64,000 nucleotides of DNA. Source: Longimicrobiales bacterium (GTDB lineage Bacteria; Gemmatimonadota; Gemmatimonadetes; Longimicrobiales; Gaopeijiaceae). Positions within the stretch are counted from its first letter, which is position 1; every line of letters begins with the position of its first letter. The notes under the pieces are model-generated. The model did not search any database and was not told the DNA's origin. It was given only the letters and a program-made list of their open reading frames with translations. The DNA lies in contig CBDAON010000004.1 of assembly GCA_965198065.1 (NCBI GenBank), forward strand, positions 1,440,001 through 1,504,000, in the 5' to 3' direction. The translations under genes and the position numbers were made by a program. This document shows positions 11,120-22,269 of the stretch, piece by piece.

Positions 11120-13576
11120 GTGACGACGTCGTCCCGCCTGCCGATTCCAAGTCTTCTCCTCCTGGCCGTGCTGGCGAGCGCGCCGGAAGCGCTCGCCCAG
11201 GCTCCGGTCCCCCCCACGCCCGACACCGTGGACGCGGATGCCGCGGCCGCCGACCCCACCCCGCAGCAGGGGAGTCGACGCGGCGGGCCCAGACCATACG
11301 ACCAGGTCATCCCCGAGACCGCCGAGAGCGACGTCGGGCTCTTCACAGTCCACAGCGTCGACGAGGACTGGCTCTTCGAGATCCCAGTCGCGCTCCTCGG
11401 GCGAGAGATTCTGCTCCAGACGCGGGTCACGCGGACGGCCACAGGAGCCGGGTACGGCGGGGAGGAGGAAGCGACCGCGGTCACCAGGTGGGAGCGGCGG
11501 GGCGAGCAAATCCTCTTGCGACTCGTGGGGCACCGGAACACGGCCGCGGACAGCCTCCCCATTTTTGATGCCGTCCGGAACTCGAACTTCGAACCGATCC
11601 TGGAAGCGTTCGACATCGAGGCCTACTCCCCCGACTCGACCGCCGTCGTGCTCGACGTCTCCGATTTCCTCACCTCCGATGCGCCGATCATCGGGCTCAG
11701 CCGGAGGCGGAGGGATGACTACGGGGTGCGAAGCCTCGCCTCGGACCGGACGTTCGTCGAGTCGATCCGGAGCTTCCCTGAGAACATCGAGATCCGGAGG
11801 ACCGTCACCTACGGAGCCAGCGACCCTCCCTCCAACGCCGTGGGCGGGACGCTCTCGATGGAGCTCGGGCATTCGCTCCTCCTGCTCCCGGCCGATCCGA
11901 TGACGCCCCGGGTGTGGGACGAGAGGGTCGGTTACTTCTCCATCCGACAAAACGACTTCGGGGCGGACGCGCAGCGCCTCCTCGAGCGACGCTTCATTCA
12001 GCGCTGGCGCCTCGAGCCCTCGGATCCCGCGGCTTACGCCCGGGGGGAACTCGTGGATCCGGTCGAGCCGATCGTGTTCTACATCGACCCGGCGACCCCG
12101 GAGAAGTGGCGGCCCTACCTCCGACAGGGGGTCGAGGACTGGCAGGAGGCGTTCGAGGCCGCGGGGTTCCGGAATGCGATCGTCGCGCTCGAAGCGCCAA
12201 CGCCAGAGGAAGACCCCGAGTTCGACCCGGCCGACGCGCGGTACTCGATCATCCGATACCTGGCGTCCCCGGTCCAGAACGCGAGCGGGCCCTCCCTCCG
12301 CGATCCTCGAACCGGCGAGATCCTCGGTGCCCACATCGAGTGGCATCACAACGTGATGAACCTGATGCGAAACCTCTACTTCGTGCAGACCGCGGCCGCG
12401 AACCCCGAGGCCCGGGGCGTCCAGTTCGAGGACGACGTCATGGGCCGGCTGCTAAGGAACGTTGCCGCCCATGAGGTCGGGCACACGCTCGGGCTCGCGC
12501 ACAACATGAAGGGCCACTCCTCGGTGTCCGTGGACCTCCTCCGAACGCGGTGGGTGTGCGAGAACGGGACCTCGTCCTCGATCATGGATTACGCGCGCTT
12601 CAACTATGTCGCGCAGCCCGGGGACAACACCTGCTTCATCCCGCGGATCGGCCCCTATGATAAGTGGGCGATCGAGTGGGGGTACCGGCGGGTCGTGCCC
12701 GAAGCTCGGATGTACGAGGAGGAGCGGAAGACGCTGCGCGAATGGATCCTCGACCACGCGGGAGAGGATCTCTATCGCTTCGGTGATCCCAGCTCGAGCG
12801 ATCCCGGCTCGACGAGCGAGGCCCTGGGCGACGATCCAGTCCGGGCGTCGGACTACGGCGTCGAGAACCTCAAGCGGATCATAAGCAACCTCAGGGAATG
12901 GAGCTTCGAGGAGGGGGAGAGCTACGACCAGCTGGACGAGCTTTACGGGCAGGTGGTGGCCCAGTGGAGCCTCTACGTCGGGCACGTCGTCCTACTCGTC
13001 GGAGGGGTCGAGTGGGACCGCAAGGCGCAAGGGCAGGAAGGGCGCCCCTACTCACCGGTTCCCGGGGAGCGGCAGCGGACGGCCATCGACTACCTGGATC
13101 GTCAGGTGTTCCGGACGCCCGGGTGGATGATCGACACGGAGATCCTCTACCGGATCGAGCGGAGCGGCATCCAGGATCGCATCCTCAACCGGCAGGTGTC
13201 GGCGCTGGGACAGGTACTCCAGGTAGCTCGCATGAAGCGCGTGATCGAGCAGGAGGCGCTGGGGCCGGACGGATCGTACCCGCTCCACGAGATGCTTACG
13301 GACCTGCGGGCCGCGATCTGGGCCGAGCTCGGAGAGAGGCGGGCCGTCGATCCGTTCCGGAGGAACCTCCAGCGCGGGTACCTGGACCGCATGGAAGACA
13401 TCCTCGAGAACCAGGACGCGGTCCGGACGGACATCGCGCCGCTAGTCCGTGGGCAGCTCCGCGCGGTCGAGGCCGAAGCGGCCGCCACTCGCTCCGAGAT
13501 CGCAGACGAGGTGACGCGGCTCCACCTGGACGACGTGATCGCGCGGATTGAGCGGATCCTGGATCCGGAGGGGTGA
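11120..13576 (+). CDS. Secreted zinc-dependent metalloprotease (DUF5117/DUF4953, EcxA-like)
   Basis: Signal peptide; HEVGHTLGLAHN zinc motif; Met-turn SSIMDY; DERVGYF. Confidence 0.9.
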   Translation: MTTSSRLPIPSLLLLAVLASAPEALAQAPVPPTPDTVDADAAAADPTPQQGSRRGGPRPYDQVIPETAESDVGLFTVHSVDEDWLFEIPVALLGREILLQTRVTRTATGAGYGGEEEATAVTRWERRGEQILLRLVGHRNTAADSLPIFDAVRNSNFEPILEAFDIEAYSPDSTAVVLDVSDFLTSDAPIIGLSRRRRDDYGVRSLASDRTFVESIRSFPENIEIRRTVTYGASDPPSNAVGGTLSMELGHSLLLLPADPMTPRVWDERVGYFSIRQNDFGADAQRLLERRFIQRWRLEPSDPAAYARGELVDPVEPIVFYIDPATPEKWRPYLRQGVEDWQEAFEAAGFRNAIVALEAPTPEEDPEFDPADARYSIIRYLASPVQNASGPSLRDPRTGEILGAHIEWHHNVMNLMRNLYFVQTAAANPEARGVQFEDDVMGRLLRNVAAHEVGHTLGLAHNMKGHSSVSVDLLRTRWVCENGTSSSIMDYARFNYVAQPGDNTCFIPRIGPYDKWAIEWGYRRVVPEARMYEEERKTLREWILDHAGEDLYRFGDPSSSDPGSTSEALGDDPVRASDYGVENLKRIISNLREWSFEEGESYDQLDELYGQVVAQWSLYVGHVVLLVGGVEWDRKAQGQEGRPYSPVPGERQRTAIDYLDRQVFRTPGWMIDTEILYRIERSGIQDRILNRQVSALGQVLQVARMKRVIEQEALGPDGSYPLHEMLTDLRAAIWAELGERRAVDPFRRNLQRGYLDRMEDILENQDAVRTDIAPLVRGQLRAVEAEAAATRSEIADEVTRLHLDDVIARIERILDPEG

Positions 13577-13669
13577 CGGCGGCGGGAACCGAGGGGACCC
13601 CGACGGTTCACGCTGTGGGGCGCGGGCGCGAGCCGTAGAAGGGGGGCCTCGTCGGCCCGGCCCCGGGTC

Positions 13670-14725
13670 CTACCGGAACCCTGCCTGGAGCTTCTCCAGC
13701 GCGTCCGACCCCGGGCAGAGCGCCTCGTACGGAAGCTCGGTCAGGGGCGTCTCCACCGTGCCGGCCACGTCGTGCATCTCGGGAGCGTCGGGGGAGATGT
13801 GGAGGAGCCCCGTCAGGACCTCCCCTTTCTCCTGCCGCTCGCGGATGTACGAGTACGCCTGGTCGCGGTCGAGCGCGTCGAACCCGTCGGCCACCTTCCG
13901 GAACCGGACGACGCTCCCGTCCTGCATGCGGACTTCCTTCGTGCTCCCCGGCTCGTACGAGACCGCAATCTCCGGGGTCGGGGCCACGAAGTCGGCCTCG
14001 GTCACGACCGTCGCGTGCTCTCGGGTGAAGCGGTAGCTCTTGGTCGAGCCGTCGTGATCGTTGAAGGTCACGCACGGCGAGACCACGTCGATCAGCGCGA
14101 ACCCCTGGTGTCGCACCCCCGCCTGGAGGAGGGGAACCAGCTGCTCCTTGTCTCCCGAAAAGCTCCTCGCGACAAACGTCGCTCCCAGAGAGAGAGCGAG
14201 GAGAACCGGGTCGATCGGAGGCTGTCGGTTCTCAGCTCCGCGCTTGGGCTTGGACCCGATGTCCGCCGACGCGGAGAATTGCCCCTTCGTCAGGCCGTAC
14301 ACTCCGTTGTTCTCGATCACGTAGAGGAGGTTCACGTTCCTCCGGATCGCGTGGGCCAGCTGTCCCAGCCCGATCGAGAGCGAGTCTCCGTCGCCCGACA
14401 CCCCCATGTAGACGAGGTCCCGGTTCGCTCCGACCGCGCCCGTGGCGATGGCCGGCATCCGTCCGTGCACGCCGTTGAACCCGTGGGACTGGGACAGGAA
14501 GTACGTCGGCGTCTTGGCCGAGCACCCGATCCCTGAAAGCTTCGCGACCCGATGGGGTGGGATCTCGAGCGCCCAGAACGCCTCGATGATCGCGGCCGTG
14601 ACGGAGTCGTGCCCGCACCCCGCGCAGAGCGTAGAGGTCGTGCCCTCGTAGTCCCGCCGGGTCAGACCCAGAGAGTTCTTCTTGAGGCCCGGGTGCGCTA
14701 CACGGGGCTTCAGGATCCAGGTCAT
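13670..14725 (-). CDS. korB: 2-oxoacid:ferredoxin oxidoreductase beta subunit
   Basis: LCAGCGH, SGIGCS, HGR, GDGD TPP motif, NNGVYGLTKGQ; ATGA overlap with alpha. Confidence 0.93.
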   Translation of the reverse strand: MTWILKPRVAHPGLKKNSLGLTRRDYEGTTSTLCAGCGHDSVTAAIIEAFWALEIPPHRVAKLSGIGCSAKTPTYFLSQSHGFNGVHGRMPAIATGAVGANRDLVYMGVSGDGDSLSIGLGQLAHAIRRNVNLLYVIENNGVYGLTKGQFSASADIGSKPKRGAENRQPPIDPVLLALSLGATFVARSFSGDKEQLVPLLQAGVRHQGFALIDVVSPCVTFNDHDGSTKSYRFTREHATVVTEADFVAPTPEIAVSYEPGSTKEVRMQDGSVVRFRKVADGFDALDRDQAYSYIRERQEKGEVLTGLLHISPDAPEMHDVAGTVETPLTELPYEALCPGSDALEKLQAGFR

Positions 14726-16632
14726 GCGAAGCTCTCCGAGAGCCGGCGTTTGGCGGGGCGACCTCCGTTCAGGTACTCGCGGACCGGGCCGACCACGTCC
14801 GAGGCGCTGAGCGGCATGCCCCCGAAAGCGAGAACGGATTCGAGCCGGTTGCGGGGAAAGGCGGCCTCCGCCGTCAGCAGCGTCGCGAGCTGCCCGTCCC
14901 GGTTCTGCTCCACCACGAAACTGCGCTCGTGCGCCTCCAGGAAGTCCTTCACGGTCGGGTGGAACGGGAAGCCCCGGATCCGCATGAAATCCAGGTGGAC
15001 GCCTTCCGCCGCCAGGATATCCTGCGCCTCCCGGATCGCCCGGTCCGTCCCCCCCACGGACACCACACTGAAGCGAGTGGGTCGGCCGGCGGCCGCTGCC
15101 GCGAGCCGCACGACGGGTTCGGGCAGGTGGACGGCAGCCCCCTCGATCTTCCGCGCGATGCGCAAGAGCACGTCCGCGTACGCGGCTTCGTCCTCCGTGT
15201 AGCGACCGTTCTTGTCGTGCCCCGACCCTCGCGCAAAGTACGCGCCCTTGGGGTGGACGCCCGGAATCGTCCGGTAGGCGATCCCGTCCCCGTCCACGTC
15301 GATGTAGCGGTGGAAGCGGTCCTCGATCTTCTCGAGCTCCTCCGGCTCCAGCACCTTCCCCCGATCCGGGCGGTAGGCGTCGTCCCAGGTGAGCTTGGGC
15401 ACCACCCAGTCGTTCATCCCGATGTCCAGGTCGGAGAGCACGAACACGGGCGTCTGGAACCGCTCGGCCAGGTCGAACGCCTTTGTGGCGAAGCGAAAGC
15501 ACTCCTCGGGATCGGATGGGAAGAGGACCACGTGCTTCGTGTCACCGTGGGAGGCGTACACGGCGGAGAGGATGTCCCCCTGCTGGGTTCGGGTCGGCAT
15601 CCCGGTGGAAGGGCCGGCCCTCTGGACGTCGAAGATGACCGTCGGGATCTCCGCGTAGTACGCGAGCCCGACGAACTCACCCATGAGCGAGATCCCGGGC
15701 CCGCTCGTGGCGGTGAAGGACCTGGCGCCCGCCCAACCGGCCCCGACGACCACTCCCGCAGCGGCGAGCTCGTCCTCCGCCTGAACGACGATGAAGCGGT
15801 TCTCCTTCGTCTCCGGATCCTTCCGGAAGCGCTCGCAGAAGTGCGAGAACGCATCCACGAGCGAGGTGGAGGGCGTGATCGGATACCAAGCGGCGACCGT
15901 GGCCCCGGCGTACACGCAGCCGAGCGCAGCTGCCGTGTTCCCGTCGATCAAGATCTTGTCCCGGTTCTCGTCCAGCTGTTCGAGCCGGATCGGAAGGGGA
16001 CAGTCGAAATGTTCCTTCGCGTAGTCGTATCCGAGGCGAACGGCCAGGAAGTTCGAGTCGAGCAGCTTCTTCTTCTTCGCGAAGGACTCCTGGAGGAGGG
16101 CCTGGACGATCTCCATGTCGAGATCGAGAAGCGCGGCGAGCACACCGACGTAGACGATGTTCTTCATCAGGATCCGCTCGCGGTCGCCCTCGAAGTGCTC
16201 GACGCACATCTCTGCGAGCGGGGTGCCGACGAACGTCACGTCCTCACGCCGCAGCTCCCGGCGGAACGGCCAGGACGAGTCGTGCACGAGCCAGCCGCCG
16301 GAGCGGAGCTCCCGCACGTCCTGCGCGTAGGTGGCCGGGTTCACGGCGGCGACGATGTCGAAGGTCCGGGAGCGCGCCGTGTGGCCGCTCTTGTTCACCC
16401 GGATCTCGTACCAGGTGGGAAGCCCCTGGATGTTCGACGGGAACAGGTTCTTCCCGCTCACGGGGACCCCCATGCGGAAAATCGCCTGTCGGAGGACCCC
16501 GTTCGCGCTGGCCGAGCCGGTGCCGTTCACCGTCCCGATCTTCAGGGCGAAGTCGTTCACGCCGCCGCGTGTGGGGGCGGTGACCGCCCCCCCGGCCGGT
16601 ACGTCCTGGTCCACGCCTTCCGCGGACTTCAT
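14722..16632 (-). CDS. korA: 2-oxoacid:ferredoxin oxidoreductase alpha subunit (gamma-alpha fusion)
   Basis: YPITP, QAEDELAA, TATSGPG, QRAGPSTGMPT, VEQN. Confidence 0.93.
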   Translation of the reverse strand: MKSAEGVDQDVPAGGAVTAPTRGGVNDFALKIGTVNGTGSASANGVLRQAIFRMGVPVSGKNLFPSNIQGLPTWYEIRVNKSGHTARSRTFDIVAAVNPATYAQDVRELRSGGWLVHDSSWPFRRELRREDVTFVGTPLAEMCVEHFEGDRERILMKNIVYVGVLAALLDLDMEIVQALLQESFAKKKKLLDSNFLAVRLGYDYAKEHFDCPLPIRLEQLDENRDKILIDGNTAAALGCVYAGATVAAWYPITPSTSLVDAFSHFCERFRKDPETKENRFIVVQAEDELAAAGVVVGAGWAGARSFTATSGPGISLMGEFVGLAYYAEIPTVIFDVQRAGPSTGMPTRTQQGDILSAVYASHGDTKHVVLFPSDPEECFRFATKAFDLAERFQTPVFVLSDLDIGMNDWVVPKLTWDDAYRPDRGKVLEPEELEKIEDRFHRYIDVDGDGIAYRTIPGVHPKGAYFARGSGHDKNGRYTEDEAAYADVLLRIARKIEGAAVHLPEPVVRLAAAAAGRPTRFSVVSVGGTDRAIREAQDILAAEGVHLDFMRIRGFPFHPTVKDFLEAHERSFVVEQNRDGQLATLLTAEAAFPRNRLESVLAFGGMPLSASDVVGPVREYLNGGRPAKRRLSESFA

Positions 16633-18461
16633 CGCCCGACCTCCAGGACCGTCCCTCCGACCGTTTCGTGCTGCCCTCCGGCCTCGACCCCCACGTACGG
16701 GATCAGGAGATCGAACTCACGCATGTCCCAGGCGGCCGTGGGGCAGCGCTCCGCGCAGAGCCCGCAGTGGATGCAGAGGTCCTCGTCCTTCACCATTACC
16801 CGCCCGGTCTGGGGAAGAGCCTCCGACACGAAGATGTCCTGCTCCGGGTTCAGGGTAGGAGCGGTGAGCCGAGTCCTCAGCTCCTCTTCTTCCCCGTTCG
16901 GCGCGATCGTGATGCAGGAAAGGGGGCAGATGTCCACGCACGCGTCGCACTCGATGCAGAGCGGTCCGGTGAAGTGCGTCTGGACGTCACAGTTCAGGCA
17001 CCGCTCGACTTCCTTCAGGGTTTGCTCGATGTCGAAGCCCTCCTCGACCTCGACGGCCACGGTCTCGAGGCGGCGCTGCAGCTCCACATGGCTCATCTCT
17101 TGCCGGGCACCCACGTCGTAGTCGTTCGAGTAGCTCCACTCGTGGAGCCCCATCTTCCGGCTGAGGAGGTTCATCCCGTAGGCGGGGCGGTCCGCGGGGG
17201 AAGCGCCCTGGCAGCGTTGGTGGATCGAGATGGCCGCCTGATGCCCGTGCTCGACGGCCCAGATGATGTTCTCAGGGCCCCACGCGGCGTCCCCCCCGAA
17301 GAACACCCCGTCGCGGGTCGATTGAAACGTCTTCCGATCCACGACCGGCATCTCCCACTCGTCGAAGTCGATCCCGATGTCCCTTTCGATCCAGCGGAAG
17401 GCCGCCTCCTGCCCGATCGCGAGGATCACGTCGTCGCAGGGGAGGATCTCGGTGTCCTTCACCTCCATCTTCGCGTGGCTCCCGGGCGTGTGGTGCCACT
17501 CCACGATCTCGAACTCCATCCCCACGAGCTTCCCGTCCTCGAGAACGAACCGAGACGGCGAATAGTTCTCGATGATCTCGACCCCCTCCTCCTCCGCGTC
17601 GTCCAGCTCCCACGGGGACGCCTTGAAGTACCGGCGCGAGCGCCGGGCCATCACCTTCACGTCCTTCCCCCCGAGCCGGAGCGAGGTCCGGCAACAGTCC
17701 ATCGCGGTGTTCCCCACCCCGATCACGAGCACGCGCTCCCCGATCGAGTCGATGTGCTCGAACGCCACTGACTCGAGCCAGTCGATCCCGATGTGGATCC
17801 GGTCGGTGTCGTAGCGTCCCGGAATCTCCAGGTTCTTACCCCGCGGGGCCCCCGAGCCGATGAACACGGCGTCCCACTCCCCTCCCATTTTCCCGTCCAG
17901 GAGCGCACGCATGCTCTCGACCGGCGTGTTCAGGCGAAGGTCCACGCCCATGTCCAGGATGTAGTCGATCTCCTCCCAGAGCACGGACGGGGGAAGCCGG
18001 AACTGCGGGATGTTCGACCACATGAGCCCACCCGGCCGATCCATCTTCTCGAAGATCGTGACCTCGTAGCCCAGCGGCATGAGGTCGTTCGCGACCGTGA
18101 GCGACGCCGGTCCGGCTCCGACGCAGGCGATCCGCTTCCCGTTCTTCTTCTCCGGGATCCGGGGAAGCAGTTCCGTGATGTCGTCCCGCAGGTCGGCCGC
18201 GACCCGCTTCAGCCGGCAGATCGCGACCGGCTCCCCGTCCAGCCGGGTCCGCCGGCAGGCGGGCTCGCACGGGCGGTCGCACGTGCGCCCCAGGACCGCC
18301 GGGAACACATTCGACTCCCGGTTCAGCATGTAGGATTCCGTGTAGCGGCCCTGCGCGATCAGGCGGATGTATTCCGGCACGTTCGTGTGCGCCGGGCACG
18401 CCCACTGGCAGTCCACAACCTTGTGGTAGTACTGCGGATCCCGGACGTCCGAGGGCTTCAT
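16629..18461 (-). CDS. GltD-like FAD/NAD(P) oxidoreductase with N- and C-terminal 4Fe-4S clusters
   Basis: CQWACP, CDRPCEPAC, GAGPAS, GVGNTAMD, CIECDACVDICP, CIHCGLCAERCP. Confidence 0.92.
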   Translation of the reverse strand: MKPSDVRDPQYYHKVVDCQWACPAHTNVPEYIRLIAQGRYTESYMLNRESNVFPAVLGRTCDRPCEPACRRTRLDGEPVAICRLKRVAADLRDDITELLPRIPEKKNGKRIACVGAGPASLTVANDLMPLGYEVTIFEKMDRPGGLMWSNIPQFRLPPSVLWEEIDYILDMGVDLRLNTPVESMRALLDGKMGGEWDAVFIGSGAPRGKNLEIPGRYDTDRIHIGIDWLESVAFEHIDSIGERVLVIGVGNTAMDCCRTSLRLGGKDVKVMARRSRRYFKASPWELDDAEEEGVEIIENYSPSRFVLEDGKLVGMEFEIVEWHHTPGSHAKMEVKDTEILPCDDVILAIGQEAAFRWIERDIGIDFDEWEMPVVDRKTFQSTRDGVFFGGDAAWGPENIIWAVEHGHQAAISIHQRCQGASPADRPAYGMNLLSRKMGLHEWSYSNDYDVGARQEMSHVELQRRLETVAVEVEEGFDIEQTLKEVERCLNCDVQTHFTGPLCIECDACVDICPLSCITIAPNGEEEELRTRLTAPTLNPEQDIFVSEALPQTGRVMVKDEDLCIHCGLCAERCPTAAWDMREFDLLIPYVGVEAGGQHETVGGTVLEVGR

Positions 18462-18916
18462 CGGTTCGGTGCGGAGGAACGAGCGAGCAGGGGAGGCCGC
18501 CGGCTAACGGGCCCGACCAGACCGGGGAAGGGGGGGGGGCGTAGGCCTCGGCAGATCGAGCGACCCGCCTGACGACGGACAGGACATGGGACCTCAGTGT
18601 AACGGGAAGGCGTTGGGCCTGGCAACGCGTTGCTCGCCGACCGCTGCCGGCATGGCCGGAAACGGCCCGACGCGACCGTGGCATCTCAACTTGCTTCGTC
18701 AGATCCGTGCATGGTACCTTGCTGACGCTCGCCCAAGTCCCGGAAGGACTTCTACCGACCTCGACGAGGTCCCGCGAGGTCTACCCACCCTGGCCGAAAG
18801 GGTCCCGATTCCACCCCCGGGGGTCGAGCCCCCGGCTTCCATCGGAGGCGCTCCAAGAAAAACGAATTCACTCGTGGCGTGTACCACTGCGATAACCTTC
18901 GTCGGCTCCGGTAACC

Positions 18917-21271
18917 GTGATGGCAGGCATGTTCGACAGCGTCTTCGAGTATCTCTTCAAATATCCGCAGATCGCGTACGAGCGTGGAGAGATCGTCTGG
19001 GGGGGAGCCTGGTCCCCGCTGGTCCTCCTTCTCCTGCTGGGCTTCGGCGCGGTGCTCGTAGTCTGGAGCTACGTCGCCACCCGGAACCAGGCCTCGCTGC
19101 TCGCGACCTGGACGCTCGTGCTGATCCGGGCGACGGGGCTCGCGGTGCTGACGATCTGCCTGCTTCGGCCGACGCTGGTCCTCTCAACGGCGGTCCCCCA
19201 GCAGAACGTGGTCGCGATAGTGATCGACGACTCCCGCAGCATGATGATCCCGGACCAGGGGGACCGGGAGCGGGGCGTGGTGGCCCAGGACTTCTTCGCA
19301 TCGCCAGAGAGCCCGCTCCTGGAGGAGCTCGAGGCGCGTTTCCTGCTGCGGCACTTCCGGTTCTCCTCTCAAACCGAGCGGCTCCGGGACTCGGAGGAGC
19401 TCGCTTTCGACGGAACCCGGACGTTGCTCGGGTCGTCCCTCGACTTCGTCCGTAGCGAGCTCGCGAGCCTCCCGCTCTCGTCCATCGTGCTCGTCACGGA
19501 CGGAGGGGATCAGGCGCCCGAGGCTATGGAGGAGGCTCTCCTGGCCATCCGTGCAGAGGGAATCCCCGTCCACGTGGTCGGAGCTGGCCGGGAGCGGGTC
19601 TCGCCCGAGATCGTGATCGAGCGGGTGGAGCTTCCCCGGTCCGTGGCGCGCGGAAGCGCGGTCATGGCCCAGGTGATCGTGGCCCACACGGGCCTCATTG
19701 AGGCCCGTGTGCCGGTGCATATCGAGGAGGACGGCCGGATCCTGGCCTCCCAGGAGGTCGTCCTGGAGGGAGGCTCGGGAAGCACGACGGTGAGGATTCC
19801 GATCACGCTCGAGACACCGGGAGTGCGATCGCTCACCGCCCGGGTCCCGGGCCAGACGGGCGAGGTCCTCCAGGAGAACAACGCCATGGACGCGCACATC
19901 CAGGTGCGCGACGGGCGGGACAAGATCCTCTACTACGAGGGGCAGCCCCGCCACGAGGTGGCGTTCATGCGGAGGGCCGTCAGGGACGACCAGAACCTCC
20001 AGCTCGTCGTCCTCCAGCGGACTGGCGAGGACCGCTACGTGCGGCTCGACGTGGACTCGGGGGACGAGCTCGCGGGCGGGTTCCCCAGCTCCCGGGAGGA
20101 GCTGTTCGAGTACCGCGGGCTCATCCTAGGGAGCGTCGAGGCCAGCTCGTTCTCCCCGGACCAGATCCGGATGATCGTGGACTTCGTCGATCGGCGGGGA
20201 GGGGGGCTCCTCGCGCTCGGCGGCCCGCGTGCGTTCGCGGAAGGCGGATACGCCGGCACCGCGCTGGATCCGATCTTCCCCCTCGAGCTGGATCCGGCGG
20301 TGGCTCGCCCGCGTGGGGAGGTGGGGGACTTCTGGGCGACCATGCGGATCGCCCCGACACGGAGCGGGCTCCAGCATCCGGCGCTCCTCCTGGCGGGCCC
20401 CCCGACCGACGGGGCGAGCAACACGACCCTCACTGAGAGCGACACGGAGCGCATGGAGCGCTGGGAGGCGCTCCCGGAGCTCACGACGGTGAACGCGCTC
20501 GGCGTGCCCAAACGTGGAGCGTCCGTCCTGCTCACGGGGTCAAGCTCCGATCTCCCGGGCGGCGAGCAGCCGGTCCTGGCGTTCCAGCGATACGGAGCCG
20601 GCGTGTCCGCCGTGCTCGGCGTTCATGACACCTGGCTCTGGCAGATGCACGCCGACATCCCCCTCGAGGACGAGACGCACGAGCTCTTCTGGAGACAGCT
20701 CCTCCGCTGGCTCGTCCAGGACGTTTCCGATCCCCTCCAGGCGAACGCGACTAGGACGCGCGTCGCGCCCGGCGAGGCCGTGGAGCTCGCGGCTCGCGTG
20801 ATGAGCGAGGAGTTCCTGCCGGTGAACAACGCCGTGGTCACGGCGCGCGTGACGGATCCCTTCGGCTCTGAGCAGGAAGTCGCCCTGACCTGGGATCTGG
20901 ATCGGGATGGGGAGTACCGCGGATCCTTCCTCCCGGGCCCCGACGGACCGTATGAGGTGCAGGTGGAGGCCGTGGACGGCGAGCGGACGCTCAGCGCCCC
21001 CCCGCTTCACATCCAGGCCGGTGTCCTGGACGATGAGATCCGGAGTGGAGCGATGCGGGGGAACCTCCTCCGCCGGATTGTTACGGAAACGGGCGGGCAG
21101 TACTACCCGCTCGACCGCACGGACGGTCTCGCGGAGGATCTGCGGTACACGGAGAGGGGCACGGTCGTCCAGGAGGAGAGGGACCTCTGGGACCTTCCCG
21201 TCTTCTTCTTCCTCCTCGTAGGACTCCTCTCGGCCGAATGGCTCTTCCGGAGGGGAATGGGGCTGGCATGA
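18917..21271 (+). CDS. Membrane protein with vWA and GATase1-like domains
   Basis: N-terminal TM helices; MIDAS DDSRSM and VLVTDG; GGGLLALGG; C-terminal EWLFRR. Confidence 0.8.
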   Translation: MMAGMFDSVFEYLFKYPQIAYERGEIVWGGAWSPLVLLLLLGFGAVLVVWSYVATRNQASLLATWTLVLIRATGLAVLTICLLRPTLVLSTAVPQQNVVAIVIDDSRSMMIPDQGDRERGVVAQDFFASPESPLLEELEARFLLRHFRFSSQTERLRDSEELAFDGTRTLLGSSLDFVRSELASLPLSSIVLVTDGGDQAPEAMEEALLAIRAEGIPVHVVGAGRERVSPEIVIERVELPRSVARGSAVMAQVIVAHTGLIEARVPVHIEEDGRILASQEVVLEGGSGSTTVRIPITLETPGVRSLTARVPGQTGEVLQENNAMDAHIQVRDGRDKILYYEGQPRHEVAFMRRAVRDDQNLQLVVLQRTGEDRYVRLDVDSGDELAGGFPSSREELFEYRGLILGSVEASSFSPDQIRMIVDFVDRRGGGLLALGGPRAFAEGGYAGTALDPIFPLELDPAVARPRGEVGDFWATMRIAPTRSGLQHPALLLAGPPTDGASNTTLTESDTERMERWEALPELTTVNALGVPKRGASVLLTGSSSDLPGGEQPVLAFQRYGAGVSAVLGVHDTWLWQMHADIPLEDETHELFWRQLLRWLVQDVSDPLQANATRTRVAPGEAVELAARVMSEEFLPVNNAVVTARVTDPFGSEQEVALTWDLDRDGEYRGSFLPGPDGPYEVQVEAVDGERTLSAPPLHIQAGVLDDEIRSGAMRGNLLRRIVTETGGQYYPLDRTDGLAEDLRYTERGTVVQEERDLWDLPVFFFLLVGLLSAEWLFRRGMGLA

Positions 21272-22269
21272 TCGGAAGGGCCCTCGGACTGGCGCTCTCC
21301 TCCCTTCTCGCGTCGGGTTCCGTCTTCGCCCAGGAGACGCACGTCCTGATCGTCGCGGGGCTGGGTGGCGAGGCCGAGTTCCGCGAGACCTTCGTGGAGT
21401 GGGGGAGCGGGCTCGCGCGCGCCGCCGTCACGGCCGGCGTGACGGAGGAGCACGTGACGTTCCTGGCGGAAGACCCGGCGGCGGCGCCGGAGCTCATTCG
21501 CGGCCGCTCGACGGCGGAGGAGATCCGGGCGGCGTTTGGTCGGATCCAGTCCGAGGCGTCGCCACTGGACCGAGTGCTCCTGGTCCTTATCGGGCACGGG
21601 GAGGGGGCTCGCGGGGACTCTCGCGTGAGCCTCCCCGGAGCCGATCTCAACGCGGCCGACTACGGGCTCCTCCTCTCGGAGCTCGCGCTGCGCGGCATCG
21701 CCGTGGTAAACGTGGCCAGCGCGAGCGGCGACTTCATCACGGAGCTCACCGGGGAAGGACGGATCGTCGTCACGGCGACCAGGAGCGCGGCCCAGCGAAA
21801 CGCGCCCCGCTTCGGGGAGTTCTTCGTGCAGGCGTATGTCGGCGAGGGCTCCGACCTGGATCGGGACGGCCGCGTGTCAGTGCTCGAGGCCTTCGAGTTC
21901 GCGCGCCAGGAGACGGAGCGCTACTACCGGGACCGCGGGCTCATCATCCCGGAGACGTCGCTCCTGGAGGACCGGCCGGATGGCCGCGGCGTGCACACTC
22001 CCATGGAAGACGAGGACGTGGGGCGGCTGGCAGCCCGCTTCTTCCTCCAGGGGGCCGACCCCGTCGTCGAGGTCTCGGATCCGGCGGTGGCCGCGCGGCT
22101 CCGGGAGCTCTACGCCAGGCAGGAGGCGCTCGAAGTCCAGCTGGCGGAGCTCAGCGCCCGGCGGGGCTCCATGGACGCGGCCGCGTACCAGGCCGCCCTC
22201 GACCCGCTCCTGATCGAGCTGGCAGAGGTCGGTCAGGAAATCCGGACGCTGGAAGGGGACGCGCGGTGA
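21268..22269 (+). CDS. Exported hypothetical protein, possibly caspase/C13-like fold, with coiled-coil tail
   Basis: Signal peptide; LVLIGHG; DLDRDGRVSVLEAF; ATGA coupling. Confidence 0.65.
   Translation: MIGRALGLALSSLLASGSVFAQETHVLIVAGLGGEAEFRETFVEWGSGLARAAVTAGVTEEHVTFLAEDPAAAPELIRGRSTAEEIRAAFGRIQSEASPLDRVLLVLIGHGEGARGDSRVSLPGADLNAADYGLLLSELALRGIAVVNVASASGDFITELTGEGRIVVTATRSAAQRNAPRFGEFFVQAYVGEGSDLDRDGRVSVLEAFEFARQETERYYRDRGLIIPETSLLEDRPDGRGVHTPMEDEDVGRLAARFFLQGADPVVEVSDPAVAARLRELYARQEALEVQLAELSARRGSMDAAAYQAALDPLLIELAEVGQEIRTLEGDAR

Noticed and set aside
21399..22265. N-terminal extensions of ORFs 21399-24965, 13670-15502 and 5016-6569
   Set aside because: They overlap bona fide genes; better starts at 22266, 14725 and 6182
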